Positions 41,548-54,135 of a stretch of DNA of 64,000 nt are shown piece after piece. Every line of letters begins with the position of its first letter. Position 1 is the first letter of the stretch. The translations under genes and the position numbers were made by a program. Below the pieces are notes generated by a model, which did not search any database, had not been told where the DNA came from, and saw only the letters and a list, made by a program, of their open reading frames with translations. Source of the stretch: Octopus vulgaris (lineage: Eukaryota); NCBI GenBank assembly GCA_951406725.2, contig OX597830.1, forward strand, positions 30,132,001 to 30,196,000, given 5' to 3'.

Positions 41548-41885
41548 GCAGACAGACAGACAGACGAAGAGTGAGAGTGAGACAAAGAAAGAAAAAGAAA
41601 GAAAGAATGAAAGAAAGAAAGCAAAAAGTGAAAACGAAAGAAAGAAAGAAGGAAGGCAAGAAAGAGTGAGAAAGAGTGAGAAAGAGTTGAGGGTGGAATG
41701 TAAAGGAAGAGGGGGACCTATATGAGGGACCATTCAAAATAGTAAATAGGACCAAAAAGAAAACAAAACAAGGCACATCAAAGCAAAACAACGAAAACTA
41801 ACAAATAAGAGACGATAAACAATATGTATACGACAGCGGTGTTGCAGCTGCTGCTGCTGTTGTTGCTGATGATGATGACGACGTC

Positions 41886-41932
<47 letters not shown>

Positions 41933-42560
41933 CGATGAAGATAATGAGGAAGACGAGGAGTAGGACGCTGATGATAATGATGATGAGGAGGTGGAGGAGA
42001 AAGGGGAAGATGAGGAGGAGAGGATGGTAACGATGATGAGGAGGAGGAGGAAGAGGAGGAGGAGGATGATGACGATGATGATGATGATGATGATTATGAT
42101 GATGATGATGATGATGATGACGACGACGACGATGTTGATGATGACGATGCAGATAATGAGGAGGACGAGGAGGAGGACGGTGATGATAATGATGATGAGG
42201 AGGAGGAGAGGATGGTAATGATGATGATGACGATGATGATGACGACGACGACGATGATGTTGTTGATGATGATGATGATGATGATGGTGATAATGATGAT
42301 GATTAAGACGACGACGACAACAACAACTGACAACGATATCAACGAGGACGACCATCGACTACTATTACAACGACCATGATTGATCATGAAGCGATGGTGT
42401 TGATGATGACGATGTTGATCCTCAACATCAACGTCGTCGTCGTCGTTATCGGTCGTGTGATGTTTACGATGACGTAGGTAAGGATTATAGTGAGCGTTGA
42501 TGGTGGGGCAGGATGATGGTTGGTTGAAGTCGGAGAATGCGTTAAGTATTATCATCATTT
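41380..42560. repeat. Low-complexity (GA)/(GACA)/(GAAA) then (GAT)/(GAG)/(GAC) tracts
   Basis: Direct inspection. Confidence 0.9.
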
Positions 42561-42940
42561 AGTATCATTATGCTCATCGTCGTCGTCCATTGTCGTGAGC
42601 GTCATCAATATCGTCATCAATATCTTCATCTAAATATTGTCCCGTTAGTCACAAAATGTTATTGCTCTACATCTACAAGACCGTCAACAACACATCATTG
42701 GTCGCCATATTCATTATTGCCAAAAAAAAATGTATAAAAGCTAACGGCATGGCCGAAATCTGATCCTTTATTTTACCCCCTTTTTTTCTAAAAAAAATTG
42801 CTTTCTTTTTAAAACTCGTCTTGGATTTGAGGGATTTCTCTAAAATTTCGCGTAAGTAATTAATAATCAAAATATAGTCAAAGCACACACATGAAATTTA
42901 AATAAAACCATTTAAATAAAATTTAAATAAAACACACACA

Positions 42941-43009
<69 letters not shown>

Positions 43010-43010
<1 letters not shown>

Positions 43011-43096
43011 GGGCAAGTGTCTTCTACAATAGCTTCGGGCCGACCAAATCCTTGTTAGTGGATTTGGCAGACGGAAACTGAAAAAAGCCCGTCATC

Positions 43097-43139
<43 letters not shown>

Positions 43140-43365
43140 ATATGTTTGTATGTCTGTGTTTGTCCCCACCCCCCAACATAGCTTGACAACCGATGCTGGT
43201 GTGTTTACGTCTCCGTAACTTAGCGGTTCTGCAAAAGAGACCGATAGGCTAAGTGCTAGGCTTACAAAAAATAAATCCAGGGGTCGATTTGCTCGACTAA
43301 AGGCGGTGCTCTAGCATGGCCATAATCAAATGACTGAAACAAGTAGAAAAGTAAAAGAGTAAAAG
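43010..43365 (+). mobile_element. SINE family B, 5'-truncated
   Basis: Collinear with 40583-40918. Confidence 0.85.
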
Positions 43366-44171
43366 AGAATATTACGGTAGAAAAGTGATATAACCTCGTT
43401 TTCCTCTCGCTCATTATTTTGATAAGTTGCATTCAAAGAGAGATGCAGACAGCAACGGTAAGGGAAGCGAAAATGGTTAGATTGAGAAGAAAATATAATG
43501 AAATGGATATCAACATAATAGCATTTTTGTTTGTTTTTAACACTATGCAATAATTTAATTTTTCAGTAGTCGTTATCTGCTGGTGGTTTTCGCTCATTAT
43601 TAATTATCTTTGAATATTTAAGTTTTTAAAACAATGAAATAAGAATTCTGAAAACTTTAAAATGTCATGTATTAAAATAAAGAAAATAGGAAAACAATTT
43701 CGAAGCATGGATTTGATCGGAACAAACAATTATAATTATTGGTGGCTTTCTTGTATTACTTATTGCGCCTGACAGTCAGAATTTCAATACTGCCTAGGAA
43801 TATGTTTATCCTTCATTTCTCAGGGATTGATAAAAATGATATCAACCGTTATCGACTAACTCCTTCCTTACATTTTGGTCATGAGCCTGTCTTAGAAACT
43901 AATTCTACAGCTTCTTCTTCTTCTTCTTCTTCTTCTTCTTCTTCTTCTTCTTCTTCTTCTTCTTCTTCTTCTTCTTCTTCTTCTTCTTCTTCTTCTTCTT
44001 CTTCTTGTTCTCCTTCTTGTTCTCCTTCTCCTTCTTCTTCTCCTTCTCCTTCTTCTTGTTCTTCTCCTCCTTCTTCTTGTTCTTGTTCTTGTTCTTGTTC
44101 TTGTTCTTGTTCTTCTTCTTCTTCTTCTTCTTCTTCTTCTTCTTCTTCTTCTTCTTCTTCTTCTTCTTCTT

Positions 44172-44655
44172 CCAATCAAGACTCACGCCATTAGCCACAA
44201 AGAATAATCTCTAATTCGAGCCTTCTCTAAGCTACTAAGAATGCGTGCGGCAACTTGATCCACCCACCACACGCGATAGACTGGCAGTTGCACCGGCGCG
44301 AAAGCTACGTTGTTATCCTCATTCCGTAAACGGTGGCTTTTAACGGGTGGAGAGCTGAACCATCCTGGGGTACAGAGGATTCGCAATCTAGACTAGATTC
44401 TGAAAGTTTACCACCCCATAGTGTGTTACACCATGGTTCCTCTGCTTTGTGGAAGAAGTAGGAAGAAAGAGTGAGAGAAAGTTGTGGGGAAAGAGTACAG
44501 CGGGGTTCACCCCAAAACCCACCCACCCGCCGGAGACTCATGGAGCTTAGGTGTTTTTGCTCAATAAACACTCTCAATTCCCGGTCTGGGAATCAAAACC
44601 ACGTTCTTACGACCGCGAGTCCGCTGCTCTAACCACTGGGCCATTGCACCTCCAC
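44172..44655 (-). mobile_element. SINE family E, long-tail variant with (AAG)n tail at 43911-44171
   Basis: Reverse complement of 20984-21449. Confidence 0.85.
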
Positions 44656-44952
44656 AGCTGCTGCTGCTACTGCTGAGGCTCTCTCCGTTGCTACTATTGC
44701 TGTAGTGCTGCCGTTAAGATATCATTCACATTAGAGTATCCTTTTTTACATATTGTATTCGAACGCCATCAACGCTGATATTGCATTTCATGCGTCCGAG
44801 ATCGATAAAGTAACGAACCAATTTTCTTGCACTTTGTTTCACATTTATGTGCTTACTTGGGTATATATATATTCTTTTATTGGTATGTTGGGGGACAAAC
44901 ACAGATACACAACATATACACACATACATACACACATACATACATACATACA

Positions 44953-44988
<36 letters not shown>

Positions 44989-45630
44989 TATATATGTAAA
45001 TGTAAAAAAATACAAACTGGGACAAGAACGTAAAACATTTAGGAGACGATACTAAAAACACGGATGGGACATTCGAAGCCTTCAATCTTCAGTCAAGAAC
45101 CGGATCATCCTCGCAATTTCGGCTGATTAATCTTGAGTTTGCTCCGTTCTGGCCAGCCCCAAAGGAAAATCTAAGCCAAGCACATTAGATTCCTTGGAAG
45201 AAAGCCTCGAATGTATACAAAACAAGGTCGGAAAACCGGACGATGTTACACAAATAAAAGTACAAATATACGTAAAAACAATAATGATAACACGAATAAG
45301 TGTACAAAAATACGTAAAAACAATAATGATACGACTGGATTCTTTCAGTTTCCTCTACCAAATCCACTCACAAGGCTTTGGTCGGCTAGAGGTTATAGTA
45401 GAAGACACTCGCCCAAGGAGCCACGCAGAGGAACTGAACCCGGAACAATGTGGTTGGTAAGCAAGCGACGTACCACACAGCCACTCCTGTGCCTATATAT
45501 ATATATATACGCACTTGTGTGTTTGTGTATAATTATACATAAATCAGTAAAACGTTTAACAAAGTATTACTCAAAACATTTAAGAAGAGTTGCCAGTTCA
45601 TAGATACCAGCAAAATCTGGATGCAGTTTC

Positions 45631-45674
45631 ACAATCTGATGAATCCATAATTGGAAGAGCTTCGGAGTCACTGT
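45631..45674 (+). ncRNA. Degenerate minimal hammerhead-like motif
   Basis: acaat-CTGATGA-A-TCCA(taat)TGGA-agag-CTTCGGAG-TC-actgt. The GAAA box is mutated. Confidence 0.4.
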
Positions 45675-45821
45675 CATCTATTTTCCTTGTGTGTGTGTGT
45701 GCGTGTGTGTGTGCGTGCGTGCGTGCATGGCACACATATATATATATATGTATGTATATATGCGCTCATATTTAGATATGCATTACGTATGTATATGTGT
45801 TTATATATATATATATAAATA

Positions 45822-46037
45822 TACTCTTTTACTTGTGTCAGTCATTTGACTGTGGCCATGCTGGAGCACCGACTTTAGTCGAGAAAATCGCGCCCAGGAC
45901 TTATTTTTTGTAAGCCTAGTACTTATTCTATCGGTCAATTTTGCCGAACAGCTAAGTTACGAAGACGTAAACACACCAGCATCGATTGTCAAGCGACGTT
46001 GGGGGACAACCACAGACACACAAACATATACAGACAC

Positions 46038-46040
<3 letters not shown>
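45822..46040 (-). mobile_element. SINE family B, 3' half
   Basis: Reverse complement of the family B 3' half. Confidence 0.8.
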
Positions 46041-46086
<46 letters not shown>

Positions 46087-46091
46087 TATAT

Positions 46092-46140
<49 letters not shown>

Positions 46141-46270
46141 GAGCTCATTTTTGCTTATCGCTCGAAGATTGACCGTTATTTCTAAAGGGCCAATCAAACA
46201 AGTCCATTTTTTAAAGGTGTAGCGTTTGTAATAGTCTGGATAGAATTGACATATCGGTTCCATTCTAGCA

Positions 46271-46317
46271 AAAACTGTCCGATGAATGGCAACAGGAAAC
46301 TCAGAGTAACAGGTTTT
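46271..46317 (+). ncRNA. Minimal hammerhead-like motif, U4C core variant
   Basis: aaaaCTGT-CCGATGA-A-TG(gcaa)CA-G-GAAA-CTCAGAG-TA-ACAGgtttt, in a 210-bp insert (46134-46346) flanked by (TA)n. Confidence 0.58.
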
Positions 46318-46421
46318 GTTGAATTTTCTGCTGCTTTAAATAAAGTATATATATATATATATATATATTATGTATTTTATTGTGTTTAACAACCCCTTAC
46401 GGGGAGATTGCTTCCTCTAAT

Positions 46422-46497
<76 letters not shown>

Positions 46498-47299
46498 TAT
46501 ATGATTGTACAAATTTAGGTATACAGTTATGAAAAAAGAAAACACGTACAATTACGATAAGATTAAAAATTACGATAAAAGCATTATCATAGTTATGGTA
46601 GATGTATTATGATTAATGACACTGAAAATATCAAAAATGAGCCTAATTAAATTTGCTAATAATCTTAATGAATTATTTATTATGATATTGATATAATGCT
46701 TACTGTATACTTTCATTTGCAACGCGATGTATATATAACTACATATCTATCTATATACATGCATGGACATATGGACATATTTATATATATATATTTATGA
46801 AGATTTTCAAATATTTATATGTACGTGTATGTTCTGAAAGTTAGGTAAAATCAGGAGCCGTTATGGAATGACATTATGCCAACGACCAATGTGTAATGCC
46901 AGCTGTTTTCTTGACCACAAATGACATGGCAGAAAACATCTCGTATATTATTAACCAAGCAGTTGTCTCGATGCCTGTGTCCGAAGAATTAATGAATAAA
47001 TGAAAGGCGGAAGGAAGGAAAGATTGAATGAGGTAATTAAATAATTAATTACCTAATTAATTAATGCCTTCTTACAGAGGTTTAAATATTTGAAAAGCTG
47101 CAGTTTAATGAGAATCAGATATGAAACTATGTTGCTTCTTCCTCACCCTCTCCCTCCGACTCTTTTTCTCATTTCTCTTTCTCTCCCACTGACAGGCTCT
47201 CTTTATGTGTGTCTGTGTGTGTTGTGTGTATGCATGCAGGTATGTAATTATAAATGTATGTAGACATGTGTGTGTGTGTGTATGTATTAGCTTGGTGAC

Positions 47300-47450
47300 T
47301 GATATTACAGAGTTGCTACATCAGACGGTAGATGTCGTTGAATAAACAAGTGGTTGGTGCGGCATTTAAATACATTAATGGATCTAGACAGTCGGAAATC
47401 AACTGAAAGGGCATTCCAATATTTGGGGGCGTGGGGAGCGAAGAGGCAAC
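47300..47450 (-). mobile_element. L2/CR1-group LINE 3' remnant
   Basis: APKYWNALSVDFRLSRSINVFKCR matches the WN.LP...S...FK C-terminal pattern. Confidence 0.5.
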
Positions 47451-48127
47451 GACAGGGAGAAAAAGAGGGAAAAGAGACAGACAGAAAGAGGGACAAACAA
47501 AAGTAGACAAGAATAGAAAATTGTCAGAGGAGTACTAAATAAGTAAACGGTCAATGTCAACCAACGCAGAACACAATGATACAGCGATGAGGTTTCAATT
47601 TCCCTGTTATGCTAGCAGTATTGTATTATACAGCTAACGAACCGAGATGCCATTGTATGTGCAGCTACTGGATCCTTTTAGAAGTAGTAATCAAATGTCC
47701 CCTAAATCAGGCCCTAATTATCTTAAAATGAGGTTTGACATATTGAATGTTGTACTCGTACGCCTGAAGAAACGGTCGAGTTGTCCATAGCTTGAAGGCC
47801 TGTGATTGTAAAACTTCAGAATCCAGAGAATACAGAGAGATTTCTACAGCAAAATATGCCGATCACAAGTAGACTAGAGGATATTTAAGTGGTCGCTCGG
47901 TGTGCTAGATATAACAGCAAAATCTCATTAAACCTCTTCTAGAATGAAGAATACGTAGATAATATTGTTGTAGATTACATTATAATTGGAAATGATAATG
48001 AGATGTTGTTGAATGGAGCGCCTTTGTCGATTAGGACAAAATTAGGGTAAAGCAACAGCCGAAAGAATTTACGCTTGCAAAATGTTTCGGAAAGATATTT
48101 ACGTTCCATTTTTTTCTTTTCTTTTTC

Positions 48128-48410
48128 TTTTACCAGCACCTTGGCGAAGGGATGGGGGTATTGTTTTCAGTCGTGTTTGTTTGTTTGTTGGTTTGTCCGT
48201 GGACAACCTAACTCAAGAATAGCTGGATGGATTCAGATGAAACGTTCAGGGGTGTTTAGCCTGGTGACTGTCACGAACTGATTAGATTTTGGGATCGATC
48301 CGGTGCCGGACAAGGATTCTGGATTATTTTTCCTATTTAATTACATAATTTTTCAGAGCGATCGGGATCATTTTTAGTATTTTCGTTTGGGAGAACATTC
48401 TAGATTTTTT
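48128..48410 (+). mobile_element. Helentron-associated (HINE/DINE-1-like) element fragment
   Basis: ttttacc...ggtattgttttc, (GTTT)n, then taactcaagaa...tggatggatt..gatgaaa, the typical layout of these elements. Confidence 0.5.
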
Positions 48411-48469
48411 GTTTTTTCGTTTTTCCTGTTTCAGCTCAGAGCTGCGGCCATGCTGATGCACCGCCGTTT

Positions 48470-48480
48470 AAAAAAAAAAA
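48470..48480 (-). terminator. Pol III oligo-dT terminator
   Basis: T11 run starting 9 nt after the tRNA discriminator base. Confidence 0.6.
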
Positions 48481-48489
48481 GCTATCGCC

Positions 48490-48561
48490 TGCGTCGGCGG
48501 GGAGTCGAACCCGGATCGACTGCTTGGAAGGCAACCATGCTAACCGTTACACCATCGACAC
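48490..48561 (-). tRNA. tRNA-Gly(TCC), possibly a pseudogene
   Basis: 72-nt cloverleaf GTGTCGATGGTGTAACGGTTAGCATGGTTGCCTTCCAAGCAGTCGATCCGGGTTCGACTCCCCGCCGACGCA with anticodon TCC. Mismatches A7:C66 and C50:C64. Confidence 0.85.
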
Positions 48562-49089
48562 TGATATTTTCATTTTAAAAGTCATCTCTGGCTAATCGTT
48601 GAAAGGACGTTGGTGTTGCTTTGGCGGCGGTTTGCGTTCTCTGAGCATTCTTGTTTTTATTATTTTTGTTCTTAAGGAGGCGAGCTGGCTGAAATCTTTC
48701 ACCGCCAGACACAATAACAAGTGGCATTTCCATCTTTATGCTCTGAGTTCAAATTCCACCGAGGTCAACTTTGTCTTTCATCCTTTCGGGGGCTGATAAA
48801 ATATGTGCCAATTGAATACGGGAATCAATGATTAAATTGCGAAACTGATCGGCTATTATTTTTTTATTATATTGATTGTGGGCTACCATAACGATAAAAA
48901 ATAAATGACACCTATGTTTAGTTTTCAAATTAAAACGTGAAAAATGTAATAGAGTATAAATATTCTCAGAGTGTTCATCACTAGCTGATCTTAACCGTTT
49001 GAAAAATAATTATTACTACCACAGTGGAGGCGCAATGGCCCAGTGGTTAGTACAGTGGACTCGCGGTTTCAATTCTCAGACCGGACAGA

Positions 49090-49530
49090 CTGGGCTCGAT
49101 ATAATCGACTTAATCCGTTTGTCTGTCCTTGTTTGTCCTCTCTGTGTTTAGCCCCTTGTGGGTAGTAAAGAAATAGGTATTTCGTCTGTCTTTACGTTCT
49201 GAGTTCAAACTCCGCCGAGGTCGACTTTGCCTTTCATCCTTTCGGGTCGATTAAATAAGTACCAGTTACGCATTGGGGTCGATATAATCGACTTAATCCG
49301 TTTGTCTGTCCTTGTTTGTCCTCTCTGTGTTTAGCCCCTTGTGGGTAGTAAAGAAATAGGTATTTCGTCTGTCTTTACGTTCTGAGTTCAAACTCCGCCG
49401 AGGTCGACTTTGCATTTCATCCTTTCGGGGTCGATGAATTAAGTACCAGTTATATACTGGGGTCAATCTAATCGACCAGTACTCTTCCCAAAAAAATTTC
49501 GGGCTTTGTGCCTAGAGTAGAAAAGAATAT
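49090..49530 (+). mobile_element. Tandem SINE-A units, 183-bp period
   Basis: gatataatcgacttaatccg at 49098 and 49281, near-identical units. Preceded by a family E head (49024-49084). Confidence 0.88.
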
Positions 49531-49892
49531 ACGTTCTCTCATTTTTTCATTCATTGACATCAACATGCATACTTTGCTTAAATCCTGTCCGCATTGTTCA
49601 AACATTTCTGCAAATATTCCTCTCCTACACAACTACGTCTATATATAAATATATATATGTGTGAGTTCTTGTAGATGAGGTTGTGTGCGCGTGTGTGTGT
49701 CTGTATGTATGTGTGAGACAGAATAAACTTGAAGTGCGTGGCCACATAACTATAAACACGTGTATTTTATTTGAAGTATAATAATGAATTACGATGGTAC
49801 ACCACCTCTTCAAATTTGTGGTGGAACAGTATAATTCAGTCAATAATTTGAAGCAGATAACTGGTACATTTTTTTATTGACCACTGCGAGAC

Positions 49893-49962
<70 letters not shown>

Positions 49963-50852
49963 GTTCGGCCCAGGCTAGATTTGAATACAGAATATAAACA
50001 TTTTTTACTATGATACTGAAAACAAGATTTAGTTCAATTTCCCGTCATACTACAAGACAAAACCAGCTTTTATAGTATTTTATTTTAAAGTTTTTGTAAA
50101 AAGTTTAAATATTCCCATGGGCAAAACAAGTTTACTCACCATAGTCAGAGAGGTGCCGCTATAAAATTAAAGCCGCTACACATACTTTTATTATTATCCT
50201 TACATTAACTATACTTTCATGAAGAATTGCGCAATCGGGCAGATTTCATCATGGGACTCGTATATGATCAGCTAAGATCTTATTTTTAACGTTTTTTTTT
50301 TTAAACGAATCATGAAGGGTCTAAGCAATAACTATCCACTTCTTGCTCTCTGTCTGCACAGTTTAATACCAAAAGGGCTATAAATTCAATTTATCTGAAA
50401 GATGAAACAATAAAGGAGTCAAATATAATTTTTTATGACGTATAAATGAAACCTATCTTCCTTCAGCAAGTAGGAACTTCTCACCCGTTTGAAAGGACAT
50501 GGTATCATATGATATAGCAAAGACAACACAACTCTATGTAGGCAATAACTCCTTTGTATTTACTGTGAGGTTTTTGTAGTCTTTTTTTAAAAAAAAAACA
50601 ACTTATCCAAACAGTATTAAAATGTTCCCCAATGACTAATATGTTACTCTGAAGCGTTACAACGGTGAGTTAATGCGGATATGTATATACAGTATATGTA
50701 TATATGTATATGCCTATATGTGGATGTGTGTTTATGAATATCATAAATGTTTTGAGCATAAATGCGTTTCTGGACCGTTTGGAGTAAATACATAATACGT
50801 AATACATATAGATACCTACATACATATATATCATAATGTATATGTATGTATG

Positions 50853-50903
<51 letters not shown>

Positions 50904-51004
50904 CATACATAAATACATATATGTATATAACACGCGTGCGCGCACTCACATATGTATATATATATATGTATCGTATCATATATTATAGATATGCATGTAT
51001 ATAC

Positions 51005-51159
<155 letters not shown>

Positions 51160-51232
51160 AAATATGGGGGTTTAGTTCACAGGTGATCTAAACGATTAGG
51201 TGCGCTAAGTAAGTGCTGTAACGGATTACATA

Positions 51233-51263
<31 letters not shown>

Positions 51264-52092
51264 ACACACATCCATATGTACATACGTATATATATATATA
51301 TATATATATATAACATATAGTATACATTCACACACATATACACATGCACACATCCTTGTGTATACGTGTGCATCTGTCTGTACGTCTGGAAGTACGAATA
51401 ATTGCGCGTATAGCTATGTATCTACGCTGAACAATGGTGGTAAATTCCTGTAATGGTGATTAGCGATGTGATTTCGGTTATTGGTTGGGCTAAGGCATAC
51501 AACTCGATCTCCATGCCCTTTTTGGGTTTCCTACTAGAGACGTTTTGAAATATCATACCTACTGTGTACACTTCACTGATATATTTGTTAAGGCAAATTT
51601 TAGCACTCACACTGGACTTATGATTGATAGTTATATTATATTTAGCCCTGTATGATCAAATTGTAATTTTATGAAGATGTTAATGTTAAATTTCCGGAAT
51701 ATATTTCTGTAATTTTTAATAGGGATGGCCAACACCCAAACTCTCTGCGCAGCTTGTTGATATTATATCATTGACAAATAATACAATTGGTGAAGCTGCC
51801 AAGTTAGGGTATTGCACTTGCGATTGCTAGATCTTAAGCTCGAATCCGGACCGGCCGCCCGGCGCATTATGTTCTTGAGCAAAACACCTCATTTCATAGT
51901 GTCCCAGTTCACTCAGCTGTTAATTGGTAATTCTGAGATGGAATAGCCTTTCGATCAGGAGTAGTGGGTGTTAATTACCCAGCCAGTGAGCTGGCATCAA
52001 TTTAAAGCTGAATAATGGGAAGTGCATTGTGACCAGCGATGTATAACAATATCCGATAGGCTGGTCGATACCGTGATATCACAAGCTAATTT

Positions 52093-52550
52093 AGGACGGC
52101 GAGATAGCAGAATAGTTAGAGCACCGGGCAAAATGCTTACCAGTATTTCGTCCACCTTTACCTTGCCGAGATGGATTTTGCCTTTCGCAGTCGATAAAAT
52201 AAGTACCTTTCGAGAACTGGGGTCGATTTAATCGATTCGCCCAGTTTCTGGAAATTACTGACCTTGTGTCAAAATGTGACATATTAGTACAATATTAGTA
52301 CAATAATAGCACAATATTAGTACAATTGTGTGAGGCGATGCGCTGGCAGAATCGTAAGGACACCGGGGAAAAGCTTAGCGGCATTTCGTGCTTCTTTACA
52401 TTCTGTGTTCAAGTTCTCCCGGGGTCAACTTTGTCTTTCGTCCTTTCGGGGTCGATAAAATAAATATTAGTTGATCACTGGGGTCGATGTAATCGACTTA
52501 CTCCCTCCTCCCAAACTGCTGGCCTTGTGCCAAACTTTGAAACCAATATT
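52093..52550 (+). mobile_element. Two diverged SINE-A copies separated by an 11-bp minisatellite
   Basis: Family A heads near 52093 and 52333, with (atattagtaca) about x4 between them. Confidence 0.7.
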
Positions 52551-53270
52551 AGTACGAGTATGGATGCGTAAAACATTTGTACTCGGTGCCCTATTACGGC
52601 TGTTGACCGATGACCAAAAGAAGCAATAGAGTAAAAGAATATGCAAAAATTGGAACACGTTGTATGATCGCAGTTTGAATCTTCCTAATTGGACTTGATA
52701 AGCGCCACTAATCAAGGAAAATCGCTAAATCGGGCATCATACCAAATTCTTATTATAGGCATTATGTACAATACGAAATTCAATGCGTAGGAGCGTTTAT
52801 TTTGTTATCTTTTTCCTTCTTGTTTTGCCTCAGAATACAACGTATTTTTTCTCTACAATTTGCGCTTTCTATCAATCATGTTACTGCTACTATTGCTGCT
52901 ACTGCTGCTGCTGCTACTACTACTACTGTTCTTGTTGTTCTGGATACTGTGCAGTCGTTACTATTGATGTTATATAGCTTTTTTTTAAAAAATTCCTTTT
53001 GTAATGCACATCATTATTTAAGATACACAAAATCATATATATGTATATGCATGTACACATGCACACATTCGTGGACGTAAATATATATATACATACATAC
53101 ATACATACATACATACATACATAGATACATACATACATACATACATACATGCATACAGAGGGGTGCAAAGGTATGTATACAGTTACGCAAAAAGAAAACA
53201 TGTACAAATTAAAAGTTACAATAAAAGTGTTACTATAGTTATGATAAATGTATTATTATGATTAATGACG

Positions 53271-53600
53271 GTGGAGGCACATGGCTTAGTGGTTAGAGCA
53301 GCGAGCTTGCGGTCGAGGGATCGCGGGTTCGAATCTCAGACCGAGCGATGTGTGTGTTTATGAGCGATACAACTAAGCCTCACGCGGCAGACAGAAGGTA
53401 ATGGCAAACTTCTACTGACTCTTTCGCCACAACGTTCTCTCACTCTTTCCTCCTACATCTTGCAGCTCACCCGCAATGGACCCGGCGTCCCGTCCAGGCT
53501 TAAAAAGAAAATAAGTAATGGGATCGACAATTCCACTAAAAATTCCTCAAGGCAGTGCCCTAGCATGGCCGCAGTCTAATGACTGAAACAAGTAATAGAT
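53271..53600 (+). mobile_element. SINE family E-like head fused to a family B 3' end
   Basis: tggcttagtggttag / ggttcgaatctc boxes. Ends in cagtctaatgactgaaacaag. Confidence 0.7.
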
Positions 53601-53629
53601 AAAAAGATAGATACAAATATATGTATATG

Positions 53630-53678
<49 letters not shown>

Positions 53679-53723
53679 ATATAGATATAAATAGATACAT
53701 ACATACGTACATACTTACATGAA

Positions 53724-54135
53724 TGCATAGAAAAAACAAAATGCCCATTGATGAACCTCTGTTTGAATACGAATGTTGTATATAAGTTCACCCGACATAC
53801 AAGGTGAGGACTGTACGTTTACATTGGTGCAAAAGCTGATATGTTCAAGATCCGATATCGAAACCATGTCACCAGCTTCAATTAAATCAGCAAGAGATAC
53901 ACGACAGCTTTGACTGATTTTGTGTGGCATTTTAAGGAGGTTAGGATTAAATATGATCTCACTTGGTCCATAATAAGACATGCACAACTGTACGATATCT
54001 TTTTCCAGGAGATGGAGGCTGTACTCTGAGGAATCGCAATCCAGTTTGTGAACCAATGTGACGCTCATAAATATGGTCTCTGAAAGAATATGAAGACGCT
54101 TGCAAGCCACTAAATGCACTTTCGCACGATACAGT
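53724..54135 (+). pseudogene. Penelope-like element GIY-YIG endonuclease relic
   Basis: Plus frame with stops: CIEKTKCPLMNLCLNTNVVYK..VYIGAKADMFKIRYRNHVTSFN..TALTDFVWHFKE..KYDLTWSIIRHA..EE..LIN, matching the PLE CPL..C...VVY..YIG...FK.RY.NH..SF pattern. Confidence 0.82.

Noticed and set aside
45065-45215. CTGAAGA..TTCGAATGTC and related motifs in a TA-abutting element
   Set aside because: GAAT replaces GAAA and the helices are unconvincing. Only an imperfect inverted repeat is evident.
45250-45332. Short spaced or tandem repeats (42-bp unit here; also 15710-15815 and 52280-52325) as a CRISPR-like array
   Set aside because: Simple tandem duplications without unique spacers, in eukaryotic DNA with no cas genes.
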